From positions 37,797 through 101,796 of the IMG/VR virus record IMGVR_UViG_3300017963_000014: DNA of 64,000 bases; one strand, given 5' to 3'. Positions 19,497 to 29,423 of the stretch are shown in pieces; within the stretch, counting starts at the first letter, position 1, and every line of letters begins with the position of its first letter. The stretch comes from a virus. The notes under the pieces were generated by a model, which was not told where the DNA came from, did no database searches, and saw only the letters and a list, made by a program, of their open reading frames with translations. The translations under genes and the position numbers were made by a program.

Positions 19497-19862
19497 CTAT
19501 GAACCCGCCGAAGGTATCCACCTCGGACGCCCCCGGCGGTCGAGGTCGACTCGAACCCGTCCCGCGCGCTCGCCCGCGCGGAGGAGGATCGAGAGCGCGA
19601 CGCCCCCGACCTCGACCCGGAGCCGCTCTCCCGCGAGCGTCCCCGAACGGTCGTGGAGGACCTCCGCGCGGTACCGAACCTCCCCCCGGAAGCGCCGGGG
19701 GAGTGGGAGGTCGACCCGCCCGGCGTCGCTCCGGAGGGCGAGCGAGGTTACGGAGGAGAGGAAGGCGGGGTCGCGGGAGGAGGCCTCCCAGGCGCGGAGC
19801 TCGGGGGGGTTCGAGAGGTCCCAGAGCAGGGTCTGCCCGTCCCGGAGGGTCGCTAGAAGCAT
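19497..19862 (-). CDS. Hypothetical protein
   Basis: 121 aa ORF co-directional with the operon. Confidence 0.5.
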   Translation of the reverse strand: MLLATLRDGQTLLWDLSNPPELRAWEASSRDPAFLSSVTSLALRSDAGRVDLPLPRRFRGEVRYRAEVLHDRSGTLAGERLRVEVGGVALSILLRAGERAGRVRVDLDRRGRPRWIPSAGS

Positions 19863-19871
19863 TCGGCGGGG

Positions 19872-20300
19872 CTAGCGCTCGCTCGGCTTCGTCGCCGGGG
19901 GCTTCGCCGCCGGCTTCGACTTCGCGGGCTTCTCCAGGCGAACCGGATTCGGCTCGGGGGGCTTGACCTTCCCGCGCTTCCGGAGGACCTCGAGTCGCCT
20001 CCCCGGCGGGAGGTGCCCGATCCCCTCCCGCTCCGCGAGTCGCTCGACCTCGGCCTCGGACGCTCCGCGTCGGTCGACTCGCTTGCTCTCGACGTACTTC
20101 GCGACTCGAAGCCTAGCGAATAGCTTCGGCTCCTTCTTCTCGATCCACTCGAGCTCCTCCCGAGTGATCGCCCGCGGGATCCCCGCGAAGAGTCGGAGCG
20201 CGCCGAAGCAACTTCGATTCTTCGGCGCCTCCTTCCCCTCGGGGAACTCGATCTCGACCGAGCCCTGCGAACGGAGCACGACCGTTACCTTTTCGCTCAT
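19872..20300 (-). CDS. Hypothetical protein
   Basis: 142 aa, ATGA overlap with the upstream gene, GGAGG RBS. Confidence 0.6.
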   Translation of the reverse strand: MSEKVTVVLRSQGSVEIEFPEGKEAPKNRSCFGALRLFAGIPRAITREELEWIEKKEPKLFARLRVAKYVESKRVDRRGASEAEVERLAEREGIGHLPPGRRLEVLRKRGKVKPPEPNPVRLEKPAKSKPAAKPPATKPSER

Positions 20301-20653
20301 TTCGACTCGCCTCCTTCCCGGGGCGCGAGGTCCCGGACCTCGAACCGACCGTTCCGGCGAACCCGTCGGAGGACGCGAGGGTCGAGGATCGGGACCGGTC
20401 GGTTCCGTCGGAACCTAACGCCCCTAACCTCGAACGTATCGCCCTCGACGAGCTCGACGATCCCCGGTCGCTCCTCCGGAGGGACCTCCGGGGTCGCGAC
20501 CCTCGGGGGTTCCGGCGCCTTCGGTGACTCCGGCTCCGGTTCCCTCGTCGGCGTCGTCTCCGGCTCCGGCTTCCGCTCGACCTCGTCCGCGACTACCTTC
20601 GTCCGCGGACTCCGTCGGGCGGGAGCGGGGGGTTTACCGCTAGGTTTCTTCAT
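20297..20653 (-). CDS. Hypothetical protein (Pro/Glu-rich)
   Basis: 118 aa, GGAGG RBS, first gene after the major capsid gene. Confidence 0.55.
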   Translation of the reverse strand: MKKPSGKPPAPARRSPRTKVVADEVERKPEPETTPTREPEPESPKAPEPPRVATPEVPPEERPGIVELVEGDTFEVRGVRFRRNRPVPILDPRVLRRVRRNGRFEVRDLAPREGGESK

Positions 20654-20729
20654 AAGGCACCTCCTCCGCGTCGCGGGGGGCTCGAGTCCCTACCTAGAGA
20701 AGAGACCCGGACCCCCGGCGTCCGTGGCT

Positions 20730-21923
20730 CTACTCGATCCCGATGTTGATGCCCTTAACGACCGCGGTGACCTCCTCGATCTGGACCGTGTACTTCGTCG
20801 TGATCGCGAACTGGTTAACGCCCGCGTAGATCTCGCGCGCGGTCTCGATCCGGATGTCCCGGCCGATCCCCATGATAAGATTCTGGAAATTGGCCAGCGC
20901 GATCTGCGCGAGCGTCCGGTACGTAACCTTGTACGGACCCGCGACGGCCATCCCCTGCGCGGCGACGGTCGTGATCTCGCCCGTCGTCCGGTCGACCGTG
21001 TAGTCCGTCCCCTCGACGTACGGGGTAACCGGGGTCGAGCCGAGGGTAACGGGGGTGATGATCACCTCGTCCGAGATCGGACCGTACCGGAGCGACTGCG
21101 TGTCGGGCGCGGCGCCGAAGGTCACGTGCTCGACGACCTTCGGATCGGGGTCGAGGAGCGGGACCGGGACCAGCGGCACGCCGTAGACCGGGATCGAGTT
21201 CGAGGAGGTCATCGCGTTGTCGCCCGCGGTCGTCGCGCGCGAGGCGACCTTCTCCCTCCAGTTCTGCTCGATATCGAGGGCGAGCAGGAACCGGAGGTCC
21301 CGGCGCGTGCGGCGGAACTTGACCGGCATCGCCTTGATCATCCCGGAGAAGACCTTCAGCGACGCGTTCTCCCCCTCCGCGTCGTAGATATTCCCGGCGT
21401 CCATCAGCCGCCACCAGCCGTCGAAGAGCGCGAGGAAGGTATCCTTGATCACCTTGTCCGTCGCGCCGCCGTCGAACAGGTCGTTCTCGATCTGGGCGAC
21501 CCCGAGGGTGTCGCCGTTGACCATCCCCTCCTCCATATCGTTCGCGGTCTGCGTCGCCATCAGCCGGACGACGGTGTCCTCGACCGCCTCGCCCTCGATA
21601 TTCAGCTCGGCGAAGTTGTCCGAGATCTCGAACGGGGTCATGATCTCGCGCGGCGTGAGGACGACCTTCGAGGTCGTTACCCCCCGGCGGATACCGGGGT
21701 CACGGGCCTCCTCCTTCGGGACGCTCACGCGGCGACCGACGCCGATCTTGTCGATCTGGAGGTTCTCCGGACGGAACCGGACGACGCGGACGGCGCCGCG
21801 TAGCTCCGTGACGTCGATCACGAAGTCGATGAACTGATCCGACTGCTCGTCGTTCAGCTTCCCGCCGGCGGCAAGGTCGTTGCTGGTGATAATCGCTCTC
21901 TGGACGAGTTCCTCGTTCGTCAT
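20730..21923 (-). CDS. Major capsid protein (HK97 fold)
   Basis: GGKLNDEQSDQFIDFVID, IDKIGVGRR, NIEGEAVEDT..LMATQTANDME...NGD and NLIMGIGRDIRIE motifs; strong AAGGAG RBS. Confidence 0.92.
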   Translation of the reverse strand: MTNEELVQRAIITSNDLAAGGKLNDEQSDQFIDFVIDVTELRGAVRVVRFRPENLQIDKIGVGRRVSVPKEEARDPGIRRGVTTSKVVLTPREIMTPFEISDNFAELNIEGEAVEDTVVRLMATQTANDMEEGMVNGDTLGVAQIENDLFDGGATDKVIKDTFLALFDGWWRLMDAGNIYDAEGENASLKVFSGMIKAMPVKFRRTRRDLRFLLALDIEQNWREKVASRATTAGDNAMTSSNSIPVYGVPLVPVPLLDPDPKVVEHVTFGAAPDTQSLRYGPISDEVIITPVTLGSTPVTPYVEGTDYTVDRTTGEITTVAAQGMAVAGPYKVTYRTLAQIALANFQNLIMGIGRDIRIETAREIYAGVNQFAITTKYTVQIEEVTAVVKGINIGIE

Positions 21924-21951
21924 TTTCTCTACCCTTTCTCCTTAGTTCCCT

Positions 21952-21970
21952 CGTCGGTTACCTACCGACG
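21952..21970 (-). promoter_or_regulatory. Hairpin in major capsid 5' leader
   Basis: CGTCGGT-aggta-ACCGACG, a perfect 7-bp stem just upstream of the RBS. Confidence 0.4.
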
Positions 21971-22000
21971 TTCACTTCTCTCTCGGTTTCGCTCGCGGTC

Positions 22001-23764
22001 TCAGCCGTTTCGGTTTCGACCGGAGAAGCGCTCGGTGACCACGCCGATCGCGCTCCCGGCCCACTTGCTCACGGGCTTCTCCGGCTCCGGCGCCGGCGGG
22101 GTCGTAGTCGCCCCCGGCGCGCTCTCGCCCCTCGCCTCGGCCCGGATCTTCTCCGTCCGCTCGCCCTGCTCCTTGACCTCCTTCTCGAGGCCCGCGAGCC
22201 GATCGTCGATCGGGGCGAGGGCAGACTTCACGGCGTCGGCGACGATCTTACCGACGTCGACTTCGGGGGAAGCCGGGGGCGGCGGCGCCTCGGTCTCCGG
22301 ATGATTCGAGGGCTCGGTCGGGGCCGGGGTCTCCCCGCCCTCCCGCTTCTCCGTCGAGGCTTCCGGGGGCTTCGGGGGTTCCTCGCTCGGGGGCTTCGGG
22401 GGCTTCTGGGGCTCGGGACTGGGCTGATTCTCGGCGCCCTCCCGCTTCTCCGTCGTCTCCTGCTTCTGTTCTGGGCTCGTCATCTTATCCTTCCTCCTCT
22501 TGATGAAAAACAACTCCTCCTCGTTCGCGCCGGCGTCGACGACGGAGAACTCCTCGACGACTAGTCCGACGAACCAGTTCTCGATCGGGTCTTCCTCGCC
22601 CTTCTCGACCCGCTCGAAGTTCCTACGCTTCGCGAGCGCGAGCTCCTCCGGTCCGTCCGGCCCGACCTCGTCAGCCGAGACCCGGCGGGCGCGCCCGCCG
22701 AAGGAGAGCCCGTTTAGCTGCCCGTTCCGGACCTTCTCGACGATCGGGGGGTCGTCGGAGAAGAGCTGGACGTACCACGTCCCGTCCGCGATCTTCTTCG
22801 TCCCGCCGTCCGGGAGCGGGAAGTCGAGGTCGGTCGGCGCGATCACGTTCTGGATCAGCGTGACCTTGTCCGAGACGTCCTTCTTGTGCATCAGCCCGAT
22901 CGTCCCGAAGTCCCGCATAAACCCTTCGTTCGCCCGCGCGATCTCGGCCTTCGTCTGCGCGTCCCCCTCCGAGTCCGCGACGTTCGGCTTCGCGACGATA
23001 CCGAAGAACCGGACCTCCTTCGAAGGGTCCTCCCCCTCGTCCTCGGACTTCGCGACGAAAATCTCGCCCCGCTTCGCGAACCGGACGAACTTCGAGAGCT
23101 CGTCCTTGAGGTCCGCGGGAAGGAGCGCGTCGAGCGGGTCCTCGGGGTCGAAAGAGGGCTCGATCCCGAAGCGTAGCTCCGCCCGAACGATCCGCTCGTG
23201 CACGATCGCCTTCGACCGCTCGAGCTCGTAAGTCCCGGCGTTCTGCTTGAACCGTACCCGCGCGTTAGCCGCCCGCTCCTCGGTCTCGACCGGGAACTTA
23301 AGGTTCACGGGGTCGGCGTAGAGGTTCTCCTCCGTCGGACCGTCCGCGGGGAAGGAGAGGTTCTCGCCCTTCCCCTCGAGCGCCTCGATCCCCCAGCGCT
23401 CGGCGCGCGCGGCCTGCGCCTCCCGCTTCTCCTCGTTCGAGGCGTCCGCGTCCGGTACCGCCCGGCGGACGGGCTCGTCCCGCCGCTCGCGGGGGGTCCC
23501 GACGAGGGCGACGACGTCGCGCGAGAGCTTCTCCCGCCGGAGCGAGCCGTCCTCGAAGTCCCCCTCCGCGCGGACGCGGGCGAGGATAACGTCCCGGCGC
23601 TGCCGGACCTCGCTCGGCTTCAGCCCGTGGTTGACGGCGAACGCCTTCGCCGCGGCGACCCCCCGGAACTTGTCGAGCGCGAGCTCGAGCGCCGCGACGC
23701 TCTCGACCGTCAGGTTGAAGGGGAGCAGGAGCGCGTTACCGCGCGCGATCTTCTCCTCGTCCAT
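22001..23764 (-). CDS. Prohead protease (XkdF-like) fused to scaffold
   Basis: FFGIVAKPNVADSEGD...EIARA..FM...IGLMH...GTW...EKVRNGQLNGLSFGG...EFSVVDAGAN; Pro/Glu-rich and coiled-coil C-terminus. Confidence 0.8.
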   Translation of the reverse strand: MDEEKIARGNALLLPFNLTVESVAALELALDKFRGVAAAKAFAVNHGLKPSEVRQRRDVILARVRAEGDFEDGSLRREKLSRDVVALVGTPRERRDEPVRRAVPDADASNEEKREAQAARAERWGIEALEGKGENLSFPADGPTEENLYADPVNLKFPVETEERAANARVRFKQNAGTYELERSKAIVHERIVRAELRFGIEPSFDPEDPLDALLPADLKDELSKFVRFAKRGEIFVAKSEDEGEDPSKEVRFFGIVAKPNVADSEGDAQTKAEIARANEGFMRDFGTIGLMHKKDVSDKVTLIQNVIAPTDLDFPLPDGGTKKIADGTWYVQLFSDDPPIVEKVRNGQLNGLSFGGRARRVSADEVGPDGPEELALAKRRNFERVEKGEEDPIENWFVGLVVEEFSVVDAGANEEELFFIKRRKDKMTSPEQKQETTEKREGAENQPSPEPQKPPKPPSEEPPKPPEASTEKREGGETPAPTEPSNHPETEAPPPPASPEVDVGKIVADAVKSALAPIDDRLAGLEKEVKEQGERTEKIRAEARGESAPGATTTPPAPEPEKPVSKWAGSAIGVVTERFSGRNRNG

Positions 23765-23777
23765 CGTTACTACCTCC

Positions 23778-24782
23778 TTAACTCTCCGGAACTACTACAG
23801 TTCGACATCTTCCGTGATACGGCGGTAACGCCAACCCGGCGTTCGCTAGGTCGCCGCGCTCCGCGAGCTCGCGGGCCTCGGCCGCGGTACGCCAGCCGGC
23901 GATCGACTTCACGTCCTCCGGGTCCTCGGCCGAGACGAGCCGGTCGACGAGCGAGCGGCCCTCGGAGACGGCGAAGGTCCGGTTATGCATAAAGCGACAA
24001 ATTTCCGAGGTCCTTTCGTCTAAAACCGCCTCTATTCTGTACCTTACGAAGCCCCCGGCCTCGAACGCGGAGACCGAGCCGAAGGCGAGCCCCCGCGTCC
24101 GGACGTCGCCCGCTAGCTGCGCGAAGTACGCCTCGGGCGAGCCGCGGTAGGTCCCGGGGACGGCGGCCATCGGGAAGGTCCCGTTAACCGCGCCGCGGAG
24201 GATCTGCCCTACCTCGAGCCGCCCGAGTCCGCGGAGGGCGGCCTCGCGCTCGACCGTCGCGAGGATCGTCCGCGAGAGGTGCCGCCCCCAGTACTCGCCG
24301 ATCCAGTAGACGCCCTGGTTCGAGAGCGACCCGATCTCCCGGATGTTACCCCGGGTCAGCGTCAGCTCGATCCTTCGACCGGACTCGCCCGCGAGGTCCC
24401 GGACCCGGCGCTTCGCCCCGAGGTAGAACGCCCCGAGGGCGATCCCGAGCGAGGTCAGGGCGGAGGAGGTGTCGCGCTCGCGCATCCGCGCGTCGGTCCT
24501 CCCGAGGAGCCGCTCGACCTCCGGGATCGAGACCGCCTCCGCCGGGAGGTCGAGGAGCTCGTCGACGAGGATCGGGTCGAGGTCGCCGCGCCAGTCGTCG
24601 AGGAGCTCGCGCGAGAGCCTCCGCTCGGCCGCGGTCGCGCGGTCCTCGACCTTCGCGACCTCCCGCCCGACCCGCTCCTCGACTGCGTCGACGAGGGCGA
24701 AGAGCTCCTCGTCCCCGAGTCCCCGGAGGAAATCCGGAGTAACGGACGCGGCGAAGCGGGGGTCGAGGTCGGGGAGGAGCAT
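23778..24782 (-). CDS. Head morphogenesis protein (Mu gpF / SPP1 gp7 family)
   Basis: AVLDERTSEICRFMH and LPPYHGRCRT motifs. Confidence 0.88.
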   Translation of the reverse strand: MLLPDLDPRFAASVTPDFLRGLGDEELFALVDAVEERVGREVAKVEDRATAAERRLSRELLDDWRGDLDPILVDELLDLPAEAVSIPEVERLLGRTDARMRERDTSSALTSLGIALGAFYLGAKRRVRDLAGESGRRIELTLTRGNIREIGSLSNQGVYWIGEYWGRHLSRTILATVEREAALRGLGRLEVGQILRGAVNGTFPMAAVPGTYRGSPEAYFAQLAGDVRTRGLAFGSVSAFEAGGFVRYRIEAVLDERTSEICRFMHNRTFAVSEGRSLVDRLVSAEDPEDVKSIAGWRTAAEARELAERGDLANAGLALPPYHGRCRTVVVPES

Positions 24783-26822
24783 CTAGGCGTCCCCCTCCCC
24801 CTCGCGGAGGTCGAGCGCCGGCGGGACGAAGCCACCGAAGCGCCGGGCGGCCTCCGCCCGGAGGAGCTCGGCGAGCCGCTCGAGCGGCTCGTCCGCGCGA
24901 TCGACCGTTCCGGCGGGCTCGAGGTCGCGGTCGCGCTCGCCCTCGGTCGCGACCTGAAGCCCCGCCCGCCCCTGCGACGTCGGTTCCCCCCCGCCGGGGG
25001 CGGCGGAGGCGGAGTTCGTCTTCATGATCTCCGCGAGCGTAAGCGAGAAGGGCTTGTCCGGGTCGAGCAGCTTCGGGTCGACCTCGCCGAGGTCCTCGTT
25101 CACGATCCGGGAGAGAATCTTCCGCGCGATCCGCGGGGTCGCCCCACCGGTCTTCTCCCCGCCCGCGAGGATCCGAACGAGATCCGCGTTCTCCGCGACG
25201 TTCGGCCCGTTCGAGCGGAAGACGGAGTTAACGATATTCAGCCGGAGGAGGACGTCCCGCGTGAAGAACCGGTCGACCTTGTCCCGCTCCGGCTCGAATA
25301 CCTGCTCGTCCCCGAGCCTCCTCGAGGCGTCGACGACGTCCCCGGAGTAGTCCTCGGCCTTCCCTACGAATAGCGAGGGGAAGCGCCAGACCCGGCGGAC
25401 GGACTCGTCGTTCGCCGCCTTGTAGTTGACGAAGAGCGCGTCCGTGTGCTGCTCCTTCGTCAGCGGCGTTATATCGATCTTCATCGAGCCGGGGTCGCGC
25501 ATTCCCTCCATCACCGGCTCGGCCTCGATAAGGAGGAACTTCGAGTAGTTGTCGTCCCCCTGGATCGCCGCCTCGACGAACTCGTCGATACGCTCGATCG
25601 ACTCGTCGTCGAGCTTCCCGTTCGATACCGAGATCGCGAGCGACGGGACGTTGTTGTTCTTGAACGTCGTGTAGTTGATCTCCTCCGACGCGCGGGAGCC
25701 CATGATCGCGAAGAGGTTCCCGATATAGCGCGGGAGCCCGTAGGGGGAGCGCGGGCAGTAGATCCGCTGGTGTCTAACCGGGTTCGCCGCGTCCGCGACG
25801 GGGAAGCCGACGAAGGAGTTCGTCCGGACGACGACGCTCCCGTTCGAGAGCGTAAAGCGCGTCGCCCGCTCCTTGTTCCCCTCCGTGAGCTGCTCCCTCG
25901 TTACGACCTCGCCCGTCCGGGAGGAGATCAGGCGGGGGTCGCCGAGCTCCTTGAACCAGACCGCGCGCCCGCCCTCGAGGACCTGTACGTACCTCCGGAA
26001 CCGCTTCCTCCGGAGGTGCTCCTCCCTCCGGTACCGGACCTCGACCGGGAGCTGCTTCCGGACCGCCGCCTCGCCCTCCCCCGGCTCGGGGGGAGCGAGC
26101 TCGCCCGGCTCCCCCGCCGGGGGCGGGGGCGGGAAGGAGACCTCCTTTACGACGCGGTAGTCGACGTACTCCGTCGGCTCGTCGTCCGGCTTCGTGATCC
26201 GCATCGTCCAGGCCGGGAGCTGCTCGAGCCCGTCTAACTCGCCCGTACCCGGTACCTCGACGAACTCCGTGAAGTTGTTCCCCGTCGACTCGAGGTCCCG
26301 CCGGAGCTTGTCCCGGAGGTCCTCGATCGCGCCCTCGGCGCAGGCGGACTCGAAGAAGTTCTCCGCCGCCGTCGCTTCCTCCGCGAGGATCCGGAGGAGC
26401 TCGGGGTCGGTCCGCTCTGTGACCGGGAACCGCGGCCGGAGGCGCCAGCCGAAGCTCTCGACGTTTACGCTCATCGCGTCGATCGCCGGACCGATCTCCG
26501 TGTTGTTCTCCGGCATTACCGCGAGGAAGAGCGGGTCGAACGGGGGCTCGACGACCTTCCCCGCCCGCTGGAGCCGCTCGAACTCCGCGTTCACCCGCTC
26601 GCCCGAGGAGGTCCCGGGCGCGGAGACGCCCTCGTCGCGCTGCTTCGCCACCCCCGCGACTCGCTTCGCGACCCGGTCCCGGGCCCCGCGGGCGCCGGCG
26701 AGCCCGAAGATCGTCGCCTTAACCGCCCGGACGTTACGCCGGACGGCGTCCCCGACGGTCTCCGCTCCCGGGCTCCGCTCGATCGGGACCTCCGCCCCGA
26801 GGCGTACGGTCTCGGCGCCCAC
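24783..26822 (-). CDS. Portal protein
   Basis: VVEPPFDP, DLESTGN, SPYGLPRYIG, NYTTFKNNNVP motifs of PBSX-like portals; located between TerL and gpF. Confidence 0.88.
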   Translation of the reverse strand: MGAETVRLGAEVPIERSPGAETVGDAVRRNVRAVKATIFGLAGARGARDRVAKRVAGVAKQRDEGVSAPGTSSGERVNAEFERLQRAGKVVEPPFDPLFLAVMPENNTEIGPAIDAMSVNVESFGWRLRPRFPVTERTDPELLRILAEEATAAENFFESACAEGAIEDLRDKLRRDLESTGNNFTEFVEVPGTGELDGLEQLPAWTMRITKPDDEPTEYVDYRVVKEVSFPPPPPAGEPGELAPPEPGEGEAAVRKQLPVEVRYRREEHLRRKRFRRYVQVLEGGRAVWFKELGDPRLISSRTGEVVTREQLTEGNKERATRFTLSNGSVVVRTNSFVGFPVADAANPVRHQRIYCPRSPYGLPRYIGNLFAIMGSRASEEINYTTFKNNNVPSLAISVSNGKLDDESIERIDEFVEAAIQGDDNYSKFLLIEAEPVMEGMRDPGSMKIDITPLTKEQHTDALFVNYKAANDESVRRVWRFPSLFVGKAEDYSGDVVDASRRLGDEQVFEPERDKVDRFFTRDVLLRLNIVNSVFRSNGPNVAENADLVRILAGGEKTGGATPRIARKILSRIVNEDLGEVDPKLLDPDKPFSLTLAEIMKTNSASAAPGGGEPTSQGRAGLQVATEGERDRDLEPAGTVDRADEPLERLAELLRAEAARRFGGFVPPALDLREGEGDA

Positions 26823-26826
26823 GCCG

Positions 26827-27240
26827 CTAGCCGCCCTTCCGCCCGTAGACCGGGATACCGGCGACCTCGATTCGGACCCGCTTCCCCGCGCCGCCCGCGA
26901 GTCCGGAGACCTCGAAGAAGACCGACCCGGAGTGCCCGACCCGGAAGATCTTCCTCACCCCCGTATTCGCGCCGGAGAGCGCTATCGTCTGAGGCGTCGC
27001 CTCCGGGACGAACCCGCCGTTCGGGGCCCCGTTCTTCGAGGGACTCCAGAAGTGGGGCTCTATCGTCGCGGCGGTCGCGCCCCCGAGGAGCGAAGCCTGG
27101 ATAACGACCTCGTCGAAGTCCGCGCAGTTTATACCCGACTTCCGCTCGCTCGGAAGTAACGCGTCGTTCGCGTCGACCTCTCGAAATGTATTGAAGTCCG
27201 GGGCGTACGGAACGCTCGCGGTCGGGGTGACTTCGGCCAT
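26827..27240 (-). CDS. Hypothetical protein
   Basis: 137 aa, GGAGG RBS, between TerL and portal. Confidence 0.6.
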   Translation of the reverse strand: MAEVTPTASVPYAPDFNTFREVDANDALLPSERKSGINCADFDEVVIQASLLGGATAATIEPHFWSPSKNGAPNGGFVPEATPQTIALSGANTGVRKIFRVGHSGSVFFEVSGLAGGAGKRVRIEVAGIPVYGRKGG

Positions 27241-27274
27241 TTTCTACCGTCCTCCCTCGCTAGTCCTCTCGGGG

Positions 27275-27778
27275 CTAGCGGATCGCGCGGAGCGCGTTCT
27301 CGGAACCGAGGATAGCGCCCCAGCGGGACTTCCGGAGCTCGAGCTCGACGACCTCGGTCGGCGCCGCCTTCTCGACGTCGCCGCCCCCGACCGGGACGAA
27401 CTCGACCCGGACCTCGACCGGCTCCTCGAACTCGATCTCCCCGCTCGCCGCCCGCCGGAAGTTCGCCCGGAAGAGCTTCCCGGTGTTCCCGTCCCTCACG
27501 ATCACGTGGTCGTTGAAGATCCCCTCGAGCCAGGCGTCGAGCGAGCCGTCGGCGAGAAGGACGCGGTTCGTCTCGACGGCGGAGATCATCGCCCAGATGA
27601 AGTCGTGCAGCTCCTCCCCCGCCCGGAGCTCGACCTTCCGGACCGGGAGGAACCTCCGCCCGGCGTTCTCCGCCCGGCGGAGCTCCGCGAGCTTCGCGAC
27701 CTGCTCGTCCGAGAGCCTCTCGCCCGCCTCGAGCGCCTTCCGAATAGCTACCAGCTTCTTCCCGTCTTCTCGCTTCAC
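27275..27778 (-). CDS. Hypothetical protein
   Basis: 167 aa, GTGA overlap with the TerL stop, GGAGG RBS. Confidence 0.6.
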   Translation of the reverse strand: MKREDGKKLVAIRKALEAGERLSDEQVAKLAELRRAENAGRRFLPVRKVELRAGEELHDFIWAMISAVETNRVLLADGSLDAWLEGIFNDHVIVRDGNTGKLFRANFRRAASGEIEFEEPVEVRVEFVPVGGGDVEKAAPTEVVELELRKSRWGAILGSENALRAIR

Positions 27779-29334
27779 TTTACGCCTCCTGTAGTTACCA
27801 CCACCGAACGTTGCTTGCTCCGAAGCGCGCGGCCGCCCCCGAAGAGACCGACCTTACGCTTCCGCTTCCGCTTCGCCCGGACGACGCAACCGAGGGTTAC
27901 GGCGAGGTCGAGCGAGTCGAAGCGGTCGTCCCGCTTCCCGTGCGGGAACGAAATCAGCTGCGTCTCGAGCGCCTCGCGCCAGCTCGCCTCCTTCGGGTGC
28001 TTGACCCGCCCCGCCTCGTAGCGGGCGGAGAGCTTCCAGGCCCGGGTGACCTTGTCGGTCAGGGTGATCACGGGGACGCAGCGGTCGCCGACCTCCGCCC
28101 CGAGCTCGCGGTAGACCGCGTGGAGCCGCGCCCGCTGGAACGCGTTCGCCTCGATCCCGAAGCGGATCAGCCACTCGCCCCAGCGCTCGAAGAGGTAGCT
28201 CGCCCGCGCGATCTGGAGGTTGTACGGGATTAACCCCGCGTAGTTCTCGAGGACGTAGACGTCGAGTACGTCGGGGTCCCGGTCGTCGACGCCGATAACG
28301 GAGTCCGAGTACTCGTCCTGCTGCTCCTTCTCCGCGATCGCGAGGTCGCAGGCGGCCCAGACCTTGAGCTCGAGCGAGCGGATCAGCTTCTCCGGCTCCT
28401 CCTCGTACTCGGCTCGAAACATCTCGTCCGCGAAGATATCGCCCTTCATCCGGGTCGTCGACTGCTGGAACTGAGAGTCAAAGTGCGCGGATCCCATCGA
28501 GACGCGGAGCGCGCGGAGGTCGGCGGCGGGGAGCATCTCCTCGACGATCGAGACCCCCCGCTCGGGGTCGGCCTCGCCGGTCTCGGGGTCGATCAGAGCG
28601 GGGACCTCGCAGACGCTACGCTCGAACTTCGGGTCGTTCTCCTCGAGCCGCGCGTAGAGGTCGTCGGGGTTGTAGCGCGTCCCGATCACGTCGATCTCGC
28701 CGGGGGTACCGTCGGAGCGCTTCATCAGCAGGGTCGGAACGAGGGTCTTGTAGAAGAAGATCGCGATCCGGTCACGCTCCCCCTGCGTCCGCGCGTTCCG
28801 CTCGTCGACGAGGTCGTCGGCCTTAATTAAGTCGAAGTGCTTAGAGGTTACGGGTCCGTCGGCGCCAGCTGCGAGCCAGGTCGGCTCCTTCAGCTTCCGG
28901 GTCCGCGTCCGGATCGTCGCCTCGCCCGTCCCCCACTTCTCGCCCCGGAGGTCGCCGAAGAGCTCGCAGAAGCGCTCGACCTCGAAGCAGCCCTGGATCT
29001 CCGAGAGGATATCCTTCGACTGATCCTTGACCCGGGACCCGATAAGTATCCGTACGTTCGGGTCTATCAACGGCCGGTGAACGCAGTCCGCGACCGTTAG
29101 GATCGTCGACTTCCCGCAGCCGCGGGGGAGGAGGAAGAGGCGCCAGGGGCCGGGAAGGAGCCGCTTCGCCTCGATCATCAGCCAGTGAACGGGGAGGACC
29201 TCGAAGCCGAGGACGCGGGCGAGGACGTCCAGGCGACGCTCCTCGACGATGAGCTTCCGCTGGACGATCGCCTTGCTCTCGTAGATCCGGTCGAGCTCTC
29301 GCTTGAGTTCGCTCGAGGTCGGAACGGTCGGCAT
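27775..29334 (-). CDS. terL: Terminase large subunit
   Basis: Walker A LLPRGCGKST, Walker B FDLIKADDLVD, IGTRY, nuclease ACDLA, IEANAFQ, DKVTRA and FPHGKRDDRFDSL motifs. Confidence 0.93.
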   Translation of the reverse strand: MPTVPTSSELKRELDRIYESKAIVQRKLIVEERRLDVLARVLGFEVLPVHWLMIEAKRLLPGPWRLFLLPRGCGKSTILTVADCVHRPLIDPNVRILIGSRVKDQSKDILSEIQGCFEVERFCELFGDLRGEKWGTGEATIRTRTRKLKEPTWLAAGADGPVTSKHFDLIKADDLVDERNARTQGERDRIAIFFYKTLVPTLLMKRSDGTPGEIDVIGTRYNPDDLYARLEENDPKFERSVCEVPALIDPETGEADPERGVSIVEEMLPAADLRALRVSMGSAHFDSQFQQSTTRMKGDIFADEMFRAEYEEEPEKLIRSLELKVWAACDLAIAEKEQQDEYSDSVIGVDDRDPDVLDVYVLENYAGLIPYNLQIARASYLFERWGEWLIRFGIEANAFQRARLHAVYRELGAEVGDRCVPVITLTDKVTRAWKLSARYEAGRVKHPKEASWREALETQLISFPHGKRDDRFDSLDLAVTLGCVVRAKRKRKRKVGLFGGGRALRSKQRSVVVTTGGVK

Positions 29335-29423
29335 GAGGGAGAATTTACTACGCTTACAGAAAGTCCCTATTCCGATGAGCCCCCGCTCTAGTAAGATGGA
29401 CGAACGGAACGGAGGAGGTCCCG

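Noticed and set aside
1000-29300. Many long plus-strand ORFs (e.g. 6361-7737, 8617-10275, 20724-21803)
   Set aside because: Antisense shadows of well-supported minus-strand genes; expected in high-GC DNA where TGA is also depleted.
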